Of a stretch of DNA of 64,000 nucleotides, positions 52,366-62,440 are shown one piece after another. The notes beneath the pieces were generated by a model. That model was not told where the DNA came from and did no database searches. It was given only the letters and a program-made list of their open reading frames with translations. The position numbers were made by a program, and so were the translations under genes. The DNA is from an uncultured Eubacteriales bacterium (GTDB taxonomy: Bacteria > Bacillota > Clostridia > Oscillospirales > Acutalibacteraceae): NCBI GenBank assembly GCA_900317985.1, contig ONJD01000001.1:3532-67531 (forward strand), in the 5' to 3' direction. Numbering within the stretch: position 1 is the stretch's first letter; each line of letters begins with the position of its first letter.

Positions 52366-55125
52366 TCAGACGACCAGCGTCGCCGTGCTTCCGCCGGAAG
52401 GCAACTTCCGGACATCGATCTGCCGGTCGATGCGCTGTCCCAGTTCTTCTACATGGGAGATGATGCCGACCAGGCGGTGCTCCGCCCCCAGTTCTTCGAG
52501 GGTCTGCAGCGCCTTTTCGAGGGACTCCGCGTCGAGGCTGCCGAAGCCCTCGTCCACGAAGAGCGTGTCGAGCTGGACGCCGCCGGCCTGCTCCTGGATG
52601 AGGTCCGAAAGTCCGAGTGCCAGCGCCAGAGACGCCAGGAACGATTCGCCGCCGGAGAGTGTCTTGACCGAGCGTCGGGACACATCGCCGTAGTGGTCGA
52701 TGACATCGAGGTTCAGCGCGTAGCCGGACCGCTTGTCCCCCGCCTCGGTCTGCCGGGCGAGTTCGTACTGACCGTCGGTCATGGTGTAGAGCCTCCGGTT
52801 CGCGTGGGCCAGCACCTGGTCGAAGTAGATGGCCTGGACATAGGTCTCCAGTTTCAGTCTTCCTTCGCTGGTCAGCTTGCCGTTGAAGACCGCGTCGAGC
52901 TCCCGAAGCCAGCGCTGTTTTTCCCGCGCGGCAGAGAGTTCTTTCAACGTCTTTGCGGCATCGTTCTGAGCCTGTGACGCGTTCTGGAGCGCGGTCGTAC
53001 AGGCGATGACCTTCTGCTCGAGGGCTTTCCCCTGCTGTGTCAGTTCGCTAATCTGTTTGACGCGCGCCTCCGCGGCCGCCCGGTCGAACCCGTCCAGTCC
53101 GCCTTCCAGCGTTTTCTGTTTCGCCTCGAGACTGATTTTGTTCTCCTTCGCGGCCTCAAATGCCTTGCGCGCCGCCTCCAGAGCAACTGCCATAGCCTTC
53201 TGCTTTTCGGTCAGTTCCCGGAGCGCTTCCTCCGCTTTCTGCAGAGACTCATAGGGCAGTTTCTTCTGCACCTCTTCCAGTTCCTTCTGACGGGTTTCTT
53301 TCTGCCCGGACAGGTTGGCGATCGACGCCTTCAGCTCACCGAGTTCTTTGGCGCGTTCCTCATTGGCACGCTTCCGTTTCGGAACATCTTCATTCAGTTT
53401 TTCCAGGCGTTCCGCTTTCTTCTGAAGAGCTTCCCCGGTCGTTTTCAGCTGTTCCTGAAGCGCCCGGTTCTCTTCTCGTTTTGCCTGCAGCACAGAGCCG
53501 GTCTGTTCGTCGAACGGAAGGTCAAGCGCTTCGCAGTCCTTCTTCAACTGATCCTGCTGCTGTTTCAGGGCAGAATTCTGTTCCGCAACTGCATTCGATG
53601 CATTGATCGCTGCCTTGCGGGTCGTCTCTTCGTCGGCTTTCGCTTTGTCCACATCGGCCTTCTCCGGCGTGTTTTCCGGAAGGACCGCACAGTGCGGGTG
53701 GCTTGTGGAGCCGCAGACCGGGCAGGGTTCCCCGTCGACGAGCGTCTCAGCAAGAACGCCGGCCTGCGCATTCAGATACTGGTCCTCCAGCGCCTTCCGC
53801 GACGCCTCTGCAACATCGTATCGGTGTTTCTGATCGGCAAAGTCGTCCTGCAGCTGTTTCAGGGTCTTCTTTCCGGCCGCATAGGTATCCAGCCGTGTCT
53901 GAAGATCGTTCAGTGCTTTGCCGCGTTCTTCTGCCGCGTCCCGCGCATGGGACCACTCGGCCTGCTCTTTCGGTACGGAAAGCAGGTCGTTCTGCTCTGC
54001 TTCGAGTTTTATCTGAAGTTCCTCTTCCGCGCTCTGCAGTTTTGCATTTTGGGCATACCGCGTCTCTTTCTCTTCGAGTTCTTTCAAAAACGCGGCAAAC
54101 GCGTTCTGCTTTTCATCGAGCTTTTCGTACTCGCCCAGCTGGTCCGTCTCCAGCGCGATCCGCGCCGTGAGAGCTTCCCGCTCCTTTGCCCGTTCTTCCG
54201 TGCTCTCGGCCTCAAAGGCCGTTTCGCTGTCGGCAAAGGTCTTCACCGCGGTCTCCAGAGCCGCGAGCACGCCGGTCAGTTCGCCGGCCTGCTTCAGGAG
54301 GGCTTCATCGGCCCCCTTCTGCTTCTGCAGTTTCAGGAGCGCTTCGTCGAGCTTCTTTTTCTCGCTCTGCGCCGTTTCCAGCGCGTTTTGACCGTCTTCG
54401 ACCCGTTTCTTCAAGAACGAGAGAAACTCCTCAGAACGGGTCTCAGCGGCCGCAGTATCAAAGTCTCCTTCTTCTCCGGAAGAAACGGCCGTTACGATGT
54501 GATCGAGGTCTCTCCACAGGTCGCCGCAGACCGCGTTTTGCGCAGACAGTTCATCGCCCACCTTTTGCTGAAGGCTCGCGTACTTTTCCGTCTGGAACAG
54601 TTTCTTGAGGATGGGTCCGCGGACGTCTTCGCTAGCGGTCAGGAGCTCGCGGAACTGGCCCTGCGCGATCATGACGATCTGCACGAACTGGTCCCGGGTG
54701 AGGCCGAGGAGTTCCACGACGTTCGCCGTCACTTCCTTGACCTTGCTCGCGACCGGCTTGCCGTTCCCGTCGAACAGGACCGCTTCCTGCAGCTGGTTTT
54801 TCCCGTCGATGAGGACTTTCTTACGGCCGTCCCGGTTCACGCACCGGAAGACCCGGTACTCGCTGCCGTTGCAGGAAAACGTGAACTCGACATAAGAGGC
54901 CGCGTCTTCGCCGGCGTATTTACTGGCGAGGTCCTTGCTGTCCCGATCGCTGCCGCTGGCTTCCCCGTAAAGGGCAAACACGATGGCGTCGAACAGGGTG
55001 GTCTTCCCCGCTCCTGTGTCGCCGGTGATGAGGTACAGTCCACTGTCTCCGAGTTTCGAGAAGTCGATGGTCGTCTCCCCGGCATACGGGCCGAACGCGG
55101 ACAGAGTCAGGCTCAGTGGTCTCAT
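52366..55125 (-). CDS. sbcC: Exonuclease SbcC (Rad50-like SMC ATPase)
   Basis: 919 aa. Walker A GDTGAGKTT, long coiled coils, zinc hook CPVCGS, signature LSGGESF, Walker B LFVDEGFGSLD. Confidence 0.92.
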   Translation of the reverse strand: MRPLSLTLSAFGPYAGETTIDFSKLGDSGLYLITGDTGAGKTTLFDAIVFALYGEASGSDRDSKDLASKYAGEDAASYVEFTFSCNGSEYRVFRCVNRDGRKKVLIDGKNQLQEAVLFDGNGKPVASKVKEVTANVVELLGLTRDQFVQIVMIAQGQFRELLTASEDVRGPILKKLFQTEKYASLQQKVGDELSAQNAVCGDLWRDLDHIVTAVSSGEEGDFDTAAAETRSEEFLSFLKKRVEDGQNALETAQSEKKKLDEALLKLQKQKGADEALLKQAGELTGVLAALETAVKTFADSETAFEAESTEERAKEREALTARIALETDQLGEYEKLDEKQNAFAAFLKELEEKETRYAQNAKLQSAEEELQIKLEAEQNDLLSVPKEQAEWSHARDAAEERGKALNDLQTRLDTYAAGKKTLKQLQDDFADQKHRYDVAEASRKALEDQYLNAQAGVLAETLVDGEPCPVCGSTSHPHCAVLPENTPEKADVDKAKADEETTRKAAINASNAVAEQNSALKQQQDQLKKDCEALDLPFDEQTGSVLQAKREENRALQEQLKTTGEALQKKAERLEKLNEDVPKRKRANEERAKELGELKASIANLSGQKETRQKELEEVQKKLPYESLQKAEEALRELTEKQKAMAVALEAARKAFEAAKENKISLEAKQKTLEGGLDGFDRAAAEARVKQISELTQQGKALEQKVIACTTALQNASQAQNDAAKTLKELSAAREKQRWLRELDAVFNGKLTSEGRLKLETYVQAIYFDQVLAHANRRLYTMTDGQYELARQTEAGDKRSGYALNLDVIDHYGDVSRRSVKTLSGGESFLASLALALGLSDLIQEQAGGVQLDTLFVDEGFGSLDAESLEKALQTLEELGAEHRLVGIISHVEELGQRIDRQIDVRKLPSGGSTATLVV

Positions 55126-56306
55126 GCTTCGTCACCTCCCCACAGTTCCGTCATCAGGCCTTTGAGCAGTTCCTCCTGCTCGGGGCGCAGTTCTTTTCCG
55201 GTCTGGTCCCGGAAGAACCCGGAGACCAGGTCGAAGGGGTCGGCCTCTTCCAGTTCTTTCACCGAGAGGCCGGAGGGCGTGAAGGACCGTTCTGTCCCCG
55301 CATACCGCAAAGACAGAAGGTTCGGATAGATGGTCCGCAGTTTCGAGAACGCGCCGGGGACTTCCGTGTCGTCGGTCAGCGTGATCTCGAGGTAGTCGTC
55401 CCGCTCCTGCTGTTCATAAAAATCCCGCTCCGTGACTTCGGCGAAGGTCCCGGAAATACGCCGCATGTCCCGCAATGGGGTGAGCGGGAGCGTGTCGAGT
55501 CGTACATCGCCTTTGGGACCGAGGTCCACGACGGTGATGCTCTTTTGGTCGTTCGCCTCGGAGAAGGAATACTTGAGGGGCGTCCCGCTGTAGCGGACCG
55601 TCTCCCGTCCCGCTTTCTGGGGGCGATGTAAGTGTCCCAGCGCGACATAGTCAAAAGCGTCGAACAGGTCTGCGCCGACGCAGTCGATGCCGCCAATGCT
55701 GAGGACTTCCGAGTCGGTCTTTTCCACACCGGGGTCCTCTCCCGCGCCCACCTTCTTCACGACGAACTGGTGCGCCAGAAGGACATTGCGTTCGGACGGG
55801 TCGACGTCCATCTGCGCCACCACCGAGCCGATGGCGTGGTGGTAGCTGTCGGTCTGCACGTCCGGGTACTCCTCCTCCGGATAGGCCGCCCGTACGTCGA
55901 CCGGCTTCAGGAAGGGCATCAGCCAGAAGTGCACGGGGCCGTGGTCGTCTTCGAGAGTCACAGGTCCCCGGACCCCGGTGAATTCCGGAGCCGTCGTGTA
56001 GAGCTGATTCTTTTTGAGAAGGTCGGAGAAATAGCCCACGTGGGCCGCCGAGTCGTGGTTCCCGCTGATGATGAGGACCGGCTGGCCGCAGGCGGTCAGT
56101 TCGGTGAGGAACCAGTCGTAGAGTTTCTCGGCCTCCCGGGCGATCTGCGGTTTGTCGTAGATGTCGCCGCAGAGCAGAACGGCGTCCGGCCGTTGCCGTT
56201 TCACCGCTTCGAGGACCTGCTCCAGGATATAGCGCTGGTCCGGCAGCAGAGAAACGCCATGGACCTGTTTTCCGATGTGCAGGTCCGCGAGATGGAATAG
56301 TTTCAT
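55122..56306 (-). CDS. sbcD: Exonuclease SbcD (Mre11-like phosphoesterase)
   Basis: 394 aa. LADLHIGK, GDIYD, GNHD, GHLH. Overlaps sbcC by 4 nt. Confidence 0.92.
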   Translation of the reverse strand: MKLFHLADLHIGKQVHGVSLLPDQRYILEQVLEAVKRQRPDAVLLCGDIYDKPQIAREAEKLYDWFLTELTACGQPVLIISGNHDSAAHVGYFSDLLKKNQLYTTAPEFTGVRGPVTLEDDHGPVHFWLMPFLKPVDVRAAYPEEEYPDVQTDSYHHAIGSVVAQMDVDPSERNVLLAHQFVVKKVGAGEDPGVEKTDSEVLSIGGIDCVGADLFDAFDYVALGHLHRPQKAGRETVRYSGTPLKYSFSEANDQKSITVVDLGPKGDVRLDTLPLTPLRDMRRISGTFAEVTERDFYEQQERDDYLEITLTDDTEVPGAFSKLRTIYPNLLSLRYAGTERSFTPSGLSVKELEEADPFDLVSGFFRDQTGKELRPEQEELLKGLMTELWGGDEA

Positions 56307-56456
56307 GCAGTTGCTCCTTTTCCGGGTAGGGGTCTCTGAGAATCATTATACCATGTCAGGAAAAAATGACAGGCCCAAGAATGGTGCTTACGGGTCTCCT
56401 GTGCTATAATACTGTCAGCAATGGACCAAAAAAGACTGATACAGGGAGAACTACCG

Positions 56457-56777
56457 ATGAAACATAGAAAACTCGTTTCCATACTCATCGCGCTGATGAT
56501 GCTCTTCGGAAGCCTTTTCGGCACCACCGCTCTGGCGGCCACGACCGTCCCGGCGGACACCACTGTCGTCGCGGAACAGGCGGCGGAGGCGGAAGCCGAC
56601 AAAGCAGAGCCAAGCTTCGGTCAGCAGATCCGAAAGATCCTCATCTTCGGCGCCATCGTCGGTGTCATCGCGGTCGGCTACGGCCTCACCACCATGCGCT
56701 ACAACGCCGAGAAGATGGACGACATGACGCAGGAGTCCCGGAAGATCGTCGAGCGGATGCGGGACGACAACGAATAA
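56457..56777 (+). CDS. Hypothetical small secreted/membrane-anchored protein
   Basis: 106 aa from MKHRKLVSILIALMMLFG (RBS GGGAGA). Signal peptide ending ALA-A, an acidic segment, a C-terminal TM (ILIFGAIVGVIAVGYGL), and a charged tail. An extended -10 (TGTGCTATAAT) lies at 56399-56410. Confidence 0.55.
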   Translation: MKHRKLVSILIALMMLFGSLFGTTALAATTVPADTTVVAEQAAEAEADKAEPSFGQQIRKILIFGAIVGVIAVGYGLTTMRYNAEKMDDMTQESRKIVERMRDDNE

Positions 56778-56781
56778 GCAC

Positions 56782-56822
56782 AAAAAAGAGACCTCAGGGC
56801 AAGTGTCCTGAGGTCTTTTCTT
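56782..56822. terminator. Bidirectional terminator (small protein gene / end of the rib-HAD-unknown gene string)
   Basis: AGACCTCAGG-gcaagtgt-CCTGAGGTCT, flanked by AAAAAA and TTTTCTTT. Confidence 0.85.
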
Positions 56823-56828
56823 TATGTC

Positions 56829-57605
56829 TTAATAGTCTTCGTCGTCCTCGTAGTCGGGGCCGTCGAACGTGATGCCCATGCCGAAGCCGTAGTCGTGGTA
56901 GCGGTTCCGGCGGCCTTTGCGGGTGTCGCCGTAGACCTGTTTGTGGCGGTTCAGTGCCTCTTCGAGAGCAGAGAACGAGACTTCCTCTTCAAGATCGGCG
57001 TTGGTCGGCTCGTAGTCGTCATCGTACCCGTCTTCGTAGTCGTCGTAATAGTCGAACACGACGGCGTTCGGGATGACGGTGGTGGCGCCGAAATCGTAGC
57101 GGTCATCGTCGTGGTCATCTTCCGTCGAGACACGGGACGGACGGCTCTCCGCGATGCGGATGTCCTCGTCTTCTTCGAGTTCCTCGACGATCGGCGCGGC
57201 GACTGCAGCTGCCTCGATGGCTTCCGCCTCTTCCGCGGCTTCTCTCGCCGCTTTGCGCTCTCTCAGTTTCTCTTTCGAGATGGGAAGGGACTCCTCCTCT
57301 TCCTTCTGGCGCTTTTTGAGGTACCAGGCCTTGCGCTCGCTCTGGGGCTTTTCCGGTTCCGCGGGCCGTGCCGGAGGCGCAGACGGAGCCACATAGCGCT
57401 CCCCGTCGATGACCTCTTCGACCACGGTCTTCGCTTCCTCGGTCGAAAGCGGTTCCGGACGGACCGGTTCGTTCACCGGGATCGACACTCTGCGGAACCC
57501 CGCGGAGCGGCCCTGGGTGCCGCCGAGTGCTTTGGCGGCATTGGCAAACATTGCCTGAGCGTCCTCCACGGACACTTCTTCGATCGGTTTTTTGGTATCT
57601 GCCAT
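56829..57605 (-). CDS. Hypothetical highly acidic, Tyr-rich soluble protein
   Basis: 258 aa with no TM. Contains Glu/Ala/Lys helical stretches and DYYDDYEDGYDDDYE and DYEDDEDY tails. The start lies 1 nt after the upstream stop. Confidence 0.55.
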   Translation of the reverse strand: MADTKKPIEEVSVEDAQAMFANAAKALGGTQGRSAGFRRVSIPVNEPVRPEPLSTEEAKTVVEEVIDGERYVAPSAPPARPAEPEKPQSERKAWYLKKRQKEEEESLPISKEKLRERKAAREAAEEAEAIEAAAVAAPIVEELEEDEDIRIAESRPSRVSTEDDHDDDRYDFGATTVIPNAVVFDYYDDYEDGYDDDYEPTNADLEEEVSFSALEEALNRHKQVYGDTRKGRRNRYHDYGFGMGITFDGPDYEDDEDY

Positions 57606-57606
57606 A

Positions 57607-58191
57607 TCAAGCCCTCCCGGCTTTCACTTGGAATCGGTAATGTCTCGCGCGGACAGCGGAAAAGACGGCCCACGCGGAGAACAGGACGGCCGGCACCAGC
57701 AGCACGAGGAGTGCCTCGACCTTGCGGTCGGCCGGGATGATCATGACGAGGGGCAGGTAGGCAAACACCGCGGCCAGCAGGTTGAGCAGTTCCAGCGTAC
57801 AGGTGTGCTGGACGGTCAGCTCCCGCTGCCCCGGGACCACGAGGAACGCGTCGGTGTCGTAGTCCGACAGGTCCGCCCACTTCATGACCGGGTCTTTCTT
57901 GATGAGCCACTTGTCGAGCTTGTTCTTCTGGAACCAGCCGGACGTGGTCACGAACAGCCGGTCGTGGTCATACTTTACCTTCGCCGTCAGGAAGAGCCGG
58001 ATGGCACACTGACAGCCGAGGCCCAGCATCAGGACAAAGAGCGGCTCCCAGACGTTGTCGAGCATGTCGACGACGATGGTCAGCACAAACAATACGGCTG
58101 CCAGCACCAGCGATGCGACGCCGGCCCAGAGTAAGACCTGCCGTTCTTTTTCCTGCGTCATAGCGGATTTCCCCTCATTCTGATTTCTCAC
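57607..58191 (-). CDS. Hypothetical 4-TM membrane protein with a ~60-aa soluble loop
   Basis: 194 aa. TM pairs at about 20-65 and 130-185, with a central basic/aromatic soluble segment (KVKYDHDRLFVTTSGWFQKNKLDKWLIKKDPVMKW). I recognise no family motif. Confidence 0.55.
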   Translation of the reverse strand: MRNQNEGKSAMTQEKERQVLLWAGVASLVLAAVLFVLTIVVDMLDNVWEPLFVLMLGLGCQCAIRLFLTAKVKYDHDRLFVTTSGWFQKNKLDKWLIKKDPVMKWADLSDYDTDAFLVVPGQRELTVQHTCTLELLNLLAAVFAYLPLVMIIPADRKVEALLVLLVPAVLFSAWAVFSAVRARHYRFQVKAGRA

Positions 58192-58198
58192 ACGCTAC

Positions 58199-58855
58199 TT
58201 AGTGTAAATCAAAGAGCGTGGGAACGTCAAGCGCCGACGGGACAACTTTCGTCGCCTTTTCCGCATAGTACGGTTCGGGCTGCTTGATGTCGGGGATGCA
58301 GATGACCGGGATGCCCGCGCGGAAAGCCGCCAGGACCCCGTTCTGAGAGTCTTCGAAGACCATCGCGTCCTTTGGCGATGTATCGCCCCGCTCACAGGCG
58401 AGCAGAAAGATATCGGGGTTCGGTTTGGACTGTTCGACCTCTTCGCTCGTGACGACGTAGGAGAAGAAGTCCGCGACGCCCGCGAGTTCGAGTAAAGCCT
58501 CCGCGTCGGAGCGGATGGTCGAGGTCGCGACACAGCAGGGGATCTCCCGGTCGCGGAAGAACTGCAAAAGTTCCGGGATACCCGGTTTCACCGGCACCCC
58601 TTCCCGCTTCATGCGCTCGATCTCCCGCACACGGGAGGCCTCGGCGATCTCATGGGCAGGGTAATCCGGACCGTGGATCTCATAGAGTCTTCCGAAGAAT
58701 TCTTCATCCGCGGTCCCGATGGTCTGGACGTACTCATCGTAGTCCTGGGCATATCCGTGTTCCGCCATGACGACGGCGTTCTCCTCCATCAGCACACGCT
58801 CGGTGTCGAAGAGGAGCCCGTCCATGTCAAAGACGGCCAGTTTGGGAAGTTGCAT
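58199..58855 (-). CDS. HAD-IA family phosphatase (beta-phosphoglucomutase-like)
   Basis: 218 aa. Motif I FDMDGLLFDTE, motif II VATST, motif III SKPNPDIF, motif IV FEDSQNG. Starts 25 nt downstream of ribH with no terminator between them. Confidence 0.85.
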   Translation of the reverse strand: MQLPKLAVFDMDGLLFDTERVLMEENAVVMAEHGYAQDYDEYVQTIGTADEEFFGRLYEIHGPDYPAHEIAEASRVREIERMKREGVPVKPGIPELLQFFRDREIPCCVATSTIRSDAEALLELAGVADFFSYVVTSEEVEQSKPNPDIFLLACERGDTSPKDAMVFEDSQNGVLAAFRAGIPVICIPDIKQPEPYYAEKATKVVPSALDVPTLFDLH

Positions 58856-58880
58856 GGTAAATCGCCTCGAGGGTTCAGAT

Positions 58881-59345
58881 TCAGCCGATGGCTTTGATCA
58901 AGTTTACCATTTCAATGGCAGAGCACGCAACATCGTAGCCCTTGTTGCCGGACTTGGTGCCGGCGCGCTGGATGGCCTGCTCGATGTTGTCGGTGGTGAC
59001 GACGCCGAAGAGGGTCGGGACGCCGGTGGCCAGTTCGACCTGCGCGATGCCCTTGGAGACTTCGGCGCAGACATAGTCATAGTGGGAGGTGTCGCCGCGG
59101 ATGACCGCGCCGAGGCACAGGACCGCGTCATATTTGCCGGAATCGGCCATCTTTTTGGCGATGACCGGGATCTCGAAGGCGCCGGGCACCCAGGCAAGGG
59201 TGATGTCGTCGTCTTTGACCCCGTGGCGGAGAAGCGCGTCCTCCGCGCCGCCGATAAGCTTCGAGACGATGAATTCGTTGAACCGGGCCGCGACGATGGC
59301 GATCTTTACGTTTTTGGCTACGACGTTTCCTTCAAAAGTTTTCAT
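58881..59345 (-). CDS. ribH: 6,7-dimethyl-8-ribityllumazine synthase
   Basis: 154 aa. [34 protein letters not shown]. Confidence 0.95.
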   Translation of the reverse strand: MKTFEGNVVAKNVKIAIVAARFNEFIVSKLIGGAEDALLRHGVKDDDITLAWVPGAFEIPVIAKKMADSGKYDAVLCLGAVIRGDTSHYDYVCAEVSKGIAQVELATGVPTLFGVVTTDNIEQAIQRAGTKSGNKGYDVACSAIEMVNLIKAIG

Positions 59346-59348
59346 GAT

Positions 59349-60560
59349 TCAGTCCTCCTTGTATTCTGTCATGTGATGCATTTTCTGCTGTTTCGTGAGT
59401 AAATATTTGAAATCGTGGGGCTGGGCTTTCATCTGGATGGGCACCCGCTCCTCGATCGTGATGCCGTAGGGTTCGAGACCGTTGATCTTGGCCGGATTGT
59501 TCGTGAGCAGCCGGAGCCGTCTCGCGCCGATGTCTCTCAGGATCTGCGCGCCGACGCCGTACTCCCGCATGTCTGCCGGGAAGCCGAGTTTCAGGTTCGC
59601 TTCGACGGTATCATACCCCTGCTCCTGCAGCTCATAGGCTTTCAGTTTGTTCAGGAGACCGATGCCTCTTCCCTCCTGACGGAGGTACACGACGACACCG
59701 CGCCCCTCTTCGGCGATCTGTTTCATCGCCTGATGGAGCTGGTCTCCGCAGTCACAGCGCTCGGATCCGAAGACGTCGCCGGTGAGGCACTCGGAATGGA
59801 CCCGGCAAAGGACCGGTTCACCGTTTGCTACATCGCCCATGACCAGAGCGACATGCTGTTCGCCGTTGACGGAGTTGCGGTAGCCGTAGATCTTGAAGTG
59901 GCCGTAAGCAGTCGGAAGATCCGCGTCCGCTTCCCGGACGACGAGGCTTTCATGATTGAGCCGGTACTTGATGAGGTCGGCGATCGTGATGGCGGTGATG
60001 TCGTACTCCTCCGCGAACTGCAGGAGTTCAGTTGTCCGCATCATGGTGCCGTCGTCGCGCATGATCTCGCAGCAGAGGCCCGCGTCTTTGAGGCCGGCGA
60101 TGCGCATGAGGTCGACCGTCGCCTCGGTGTGGCCGGAGCGGACGAGCACGCCGCCGTCTTTGGCCCGCAGCGGGAACATGTGTCCGGGTCTGCGGAACTC
60201 GTGGGGCTGGACGCCCTCCTCGACGGTCTTCAGCGCGGTGATGGACCGCTCGACGGCCGAGATGCCGGTGGTGGTGCTCATGTGGTCGATGGAGACCGTG
60301 AACGCCGTCTCGTGGTTGTCGGTATTGGCGGTGACCATCTGAGTGAGGCCCAGGTCATCGCAGCGCTTTCCGCTCATGGGCATGCAGATGAGGCCCTTCG
60401 CGTGGACTGCCATGAAGTTGATGTTCTCGGTGGTCGCGAACTCGGCGGCGCAGATGAGGTCGCCCTCGTTCTCCCGGTCGGGGTCATCGATGCAGAGGAT
60501 GAGTTTCCCTGCGCGAAGGTCTTCGACCGCCTGTTCGATGGTTGCAAACTCTTTTGCCAT
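59349..60560 (-). CDS. ribBA: Bifunctional 3,4-dihydroxy-2-butanone-4-phosphate synthase / GTP cyclohydrolase II
   Basis: 403 aa from [12 protein letters not shown] (ATG 60560). DRENEGDLI (DHBPS) and [20 protein letters not shown] (GCH II). Confidence 0.95.
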   Translation of the reverse strand: MAKEFATIEQAVEDLRAGKLILCIDDPDRENEGDLICAAEFATTENINFMAVHAKGLICMPMSGKRCDDLGLTQMVTANTDNHETAFTVSIDHMSTTTGISAVERSITALKTVEEGVQPHEFRRPGHMFPLRAKDGGVLVRSGHTEATVDLMRIAGLKDAGLCCEIMRDDGTMMRTTELLQFAEEYDITAITIADLIKYRLNHESLVVREADADLPTAYGHFKIYGYRNSVNGEQHVALVMGDVANGEPVLCRVHSECLTGDVFGSERCDCGDQLHQAMKQIAEEGRGVVVYLRQEGRGIGLLNKLKAYELQEQGYDTVEANLKLGFPADMREYGVGAQILRDIGARRLRLLTNNPAKINGLEPYGITIEERVPIQMKAQPHDFKYLLTKQQKMHHMTEYKED

Positions 60561-60616
60561 GGTTGGTTCCTTCTTTCTATGCTGGGAGTGCTTTCCGGAA
60601 TGGCTCCGCAAAACAC

Positions 60617-61285
60617 TTAAAATCCGTATTCTCTCAAAAACGCTTCGGTGATGCCGGAGCTCTTTTCATCCTGTGGCGATGTACCGCCCGACCCTCCATA
60701 GGGCCCGAGCAGTTTCTCCACATACTTCCCGATGACGTCGCACTCGAGGTTCACGGTGCTCCCGACGCCCTTGGTCGAGAGGTTCGTGACCGCTCGCGTG
60801 TGCGGGATGATGGAAACTTGGAAACTCCGGTCATCCACCGCGGCCACCGTCAGGCTGATGCCGTCGATGCAGATGGAGCCTTTCTCCACGATGTACCGGA
60901 GCAGGTCCGGTGACGCGGAGATGGTGTACCAGACGGCGTTGTCGTCCTGGCGGAGCTCCTTGACCGTCCCGGTGCCGTCGATGTGCCCGGAGACCATATG
61001 GCCGCCGAACCGGCCGTCCGCCGGCATGGCCCGCTCGAGGTTGACCGGGCTTCCCGGACTCAGGTCGCCGAGGGAGCTGCGGGACAGCGTCTCGTGCATG
61101 ACGTCCGCGGTGAAGTAGGTGGCGCCCAGTTCCGTGACAGTGAGGCAGACTCCGTTCGTCATGATGCTGTCCCCCACCTTCGTGCCCTCGAGAACGGTGC
61201 GTGCCCCGATGGTCAGGACCGCGCTGTTCGAGCCGCGGTGGATGCCCTGCAGGGTGCCGACTTCTTCGACTAATCCTGTGAACAT
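60617..61285 (-). CDS. ribE: Riboflavin synthase (alpha chain)
   Basis: 222 aa. [10 protein letters not shown], with an internal duplication containing [13 protein letters not shown] and [12 protein letters not shown]. Confidence 0.95.
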   Translation of the reverse strand: MFTGLVEEVGTLQGIHRGSNSAVLTIGARTVLEGTKVGDSIMTNGVCLTVTELGATYFTADVMHETLSRSSLGDLSPGSPVNLERAMPADGRFGGHMVSGHIDGTGTVKELRQDDNAVWYTISASPDLLRYIVEKGSICIDGISLTVAAVDDRSFQVSIIPHTRAVTNLSTKGVGSTVNLECDVIGKYVEKLLGPYGGSGGTSPQDEKSSGITEAFLREYGF

Positions 61286-62415
61286 GAAGCTCCTCCTTTC
61301 TTCACCCGTCCGGTGATCATGATATCGTCATCAAAATGCTGCAGTTCGATGTCTTTCAGTTCGACGGCCGCTTCCATGCGCGGGACCCCGCCGCCCTCGA
61401 CGGGCGACCGGCTCTCTTCGCCGCCGACCAGTTTCGGTCCGAGGAACGCGTAGACCCGGTCGACGAGCCCCGCTTCGAGGAAACTCGCGTTGACCGTGCC
61501 GCCGCCCTCCACGAGGACGCTGTCGATGTCCCGCTCCGCCAGGATGTCCAGCAGATGCGCGATATCGATCCGGGAGTGGTGGTCTGTGGTGCCGGCGTAC
61601 CCGCAGGGGATGACATCGACGCCCAGACGGTTCAGGGCGTCTGCCCGTTCCCGGCCCTTCGCGGTCTGCAGGGTCTCTTCGGTGGTGAAGACCCAGGTCG
61701 GGATGTCTTTTGCTGTCTGAGCCAGCTGACTGTCTGTCGGCAGCCGCAGCTGGCTGTCCGCCACCAGTCGGACCGGGTCGACGCCCTCTTCGGTCCGGCA
61801 GTTCAGCATCGGGTCATCTTTGAGGGCCGTGGTGATCCCAACGAGAATGGACGAATACTTTTTCCGAAGGCCGTGGACGTACTCTCTCGCCTTCGGCCCC
61901 GTGATCCACTGGGAGTCCCCTGTATGACAGGCGATCTTCCCGTCGAGGGTCATCGCGTATTTCATCGCCACAAAGGGGCGGCGGGTCTCAAAGAAGTGGT
62001 AGAAGACCTCGTTGAGCTTCCTCGCCTCCTCGGAAAGGATGCCGACCTCCACCTCGATCCCGGCGTCTCTGAGCGTCTGTACGCCCTTTCCGGCCACGAG
62101 CGGGTTCACATCCATCGAGGCGACGAAAACACGTCCTATGCCCTTCTCGATGATGATCTCAGTGCACGGCGGCGTCCGTCCGTAATGGCAGCAGGGTTCG
62201 AGCGTGACATAGAGGTCCGCTCCGGCGGGGTCCTCCTCACAGCGGAGGAGCGCATTGCGTTCGGCGTGGTACTCGCCGACTTTCTCGTGGTACCCTTCGC
62301 TGATGACGCGGCCGTCTTTGACGATGACGCAGCCGACCATCGGGTTCGGGCTCACGTGCCCTTCCCCGCGCTTCGCCAGCTCCAGCGCCCTGCGCATATA
62401 TTCCTCGTGAGACAT
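61270..62415 (-). CDS. ribD: Bifunctional diaminohydroxyphosphoribosylaminopyrimidine deaminase / 5-amino-6-(5-phosphoribosylamino)uracil reductase
   Basis: 381 aa from MSHEEYMRRALELA (ATG 62415). HAERNAL and LEPCCHYGRTPPC (deaminase), and a C-terminal reductase domain. The ORF-track N-terminal extension is rejected. Confidence 0.93.
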   Translation of the reverse strand: MSHEEYMRRALELAKRGEGHVSPNPMVGCVIVKDGRVISEGYHEKVGEYHAERNALLRCEEDPAGADLYVTLEPCCHYGRTPPCTEIIIEKGIGRVFVASMDVNPLVAGKGVQTLRDAGIEVEVGILSEEARKLNEVFYHFFETRRPFVAMKYAMTLDGKIACHTGDSQWITGPKAREYVHGLRKKYSSILVGITTALKDDPMLNCRTEEGVDPVRLVADSQLRLPTDSQLAQTAKDIPTWVFTTEETLQTAKGRERADALNRLGVDVIPCGYAGTTDHHSRIDIAHLLDILAERDIDSVLVEGGGTVNASFLEAGLVDRVYAFLGPKLVGGEESRSPVEGGGVPRMEAAVELKDIELQHFDDDIMITGRVKKGGASCSQD

Positions 62416-62440
62416 CTCTCTGCCCCCTTTCTTTCTGTTT

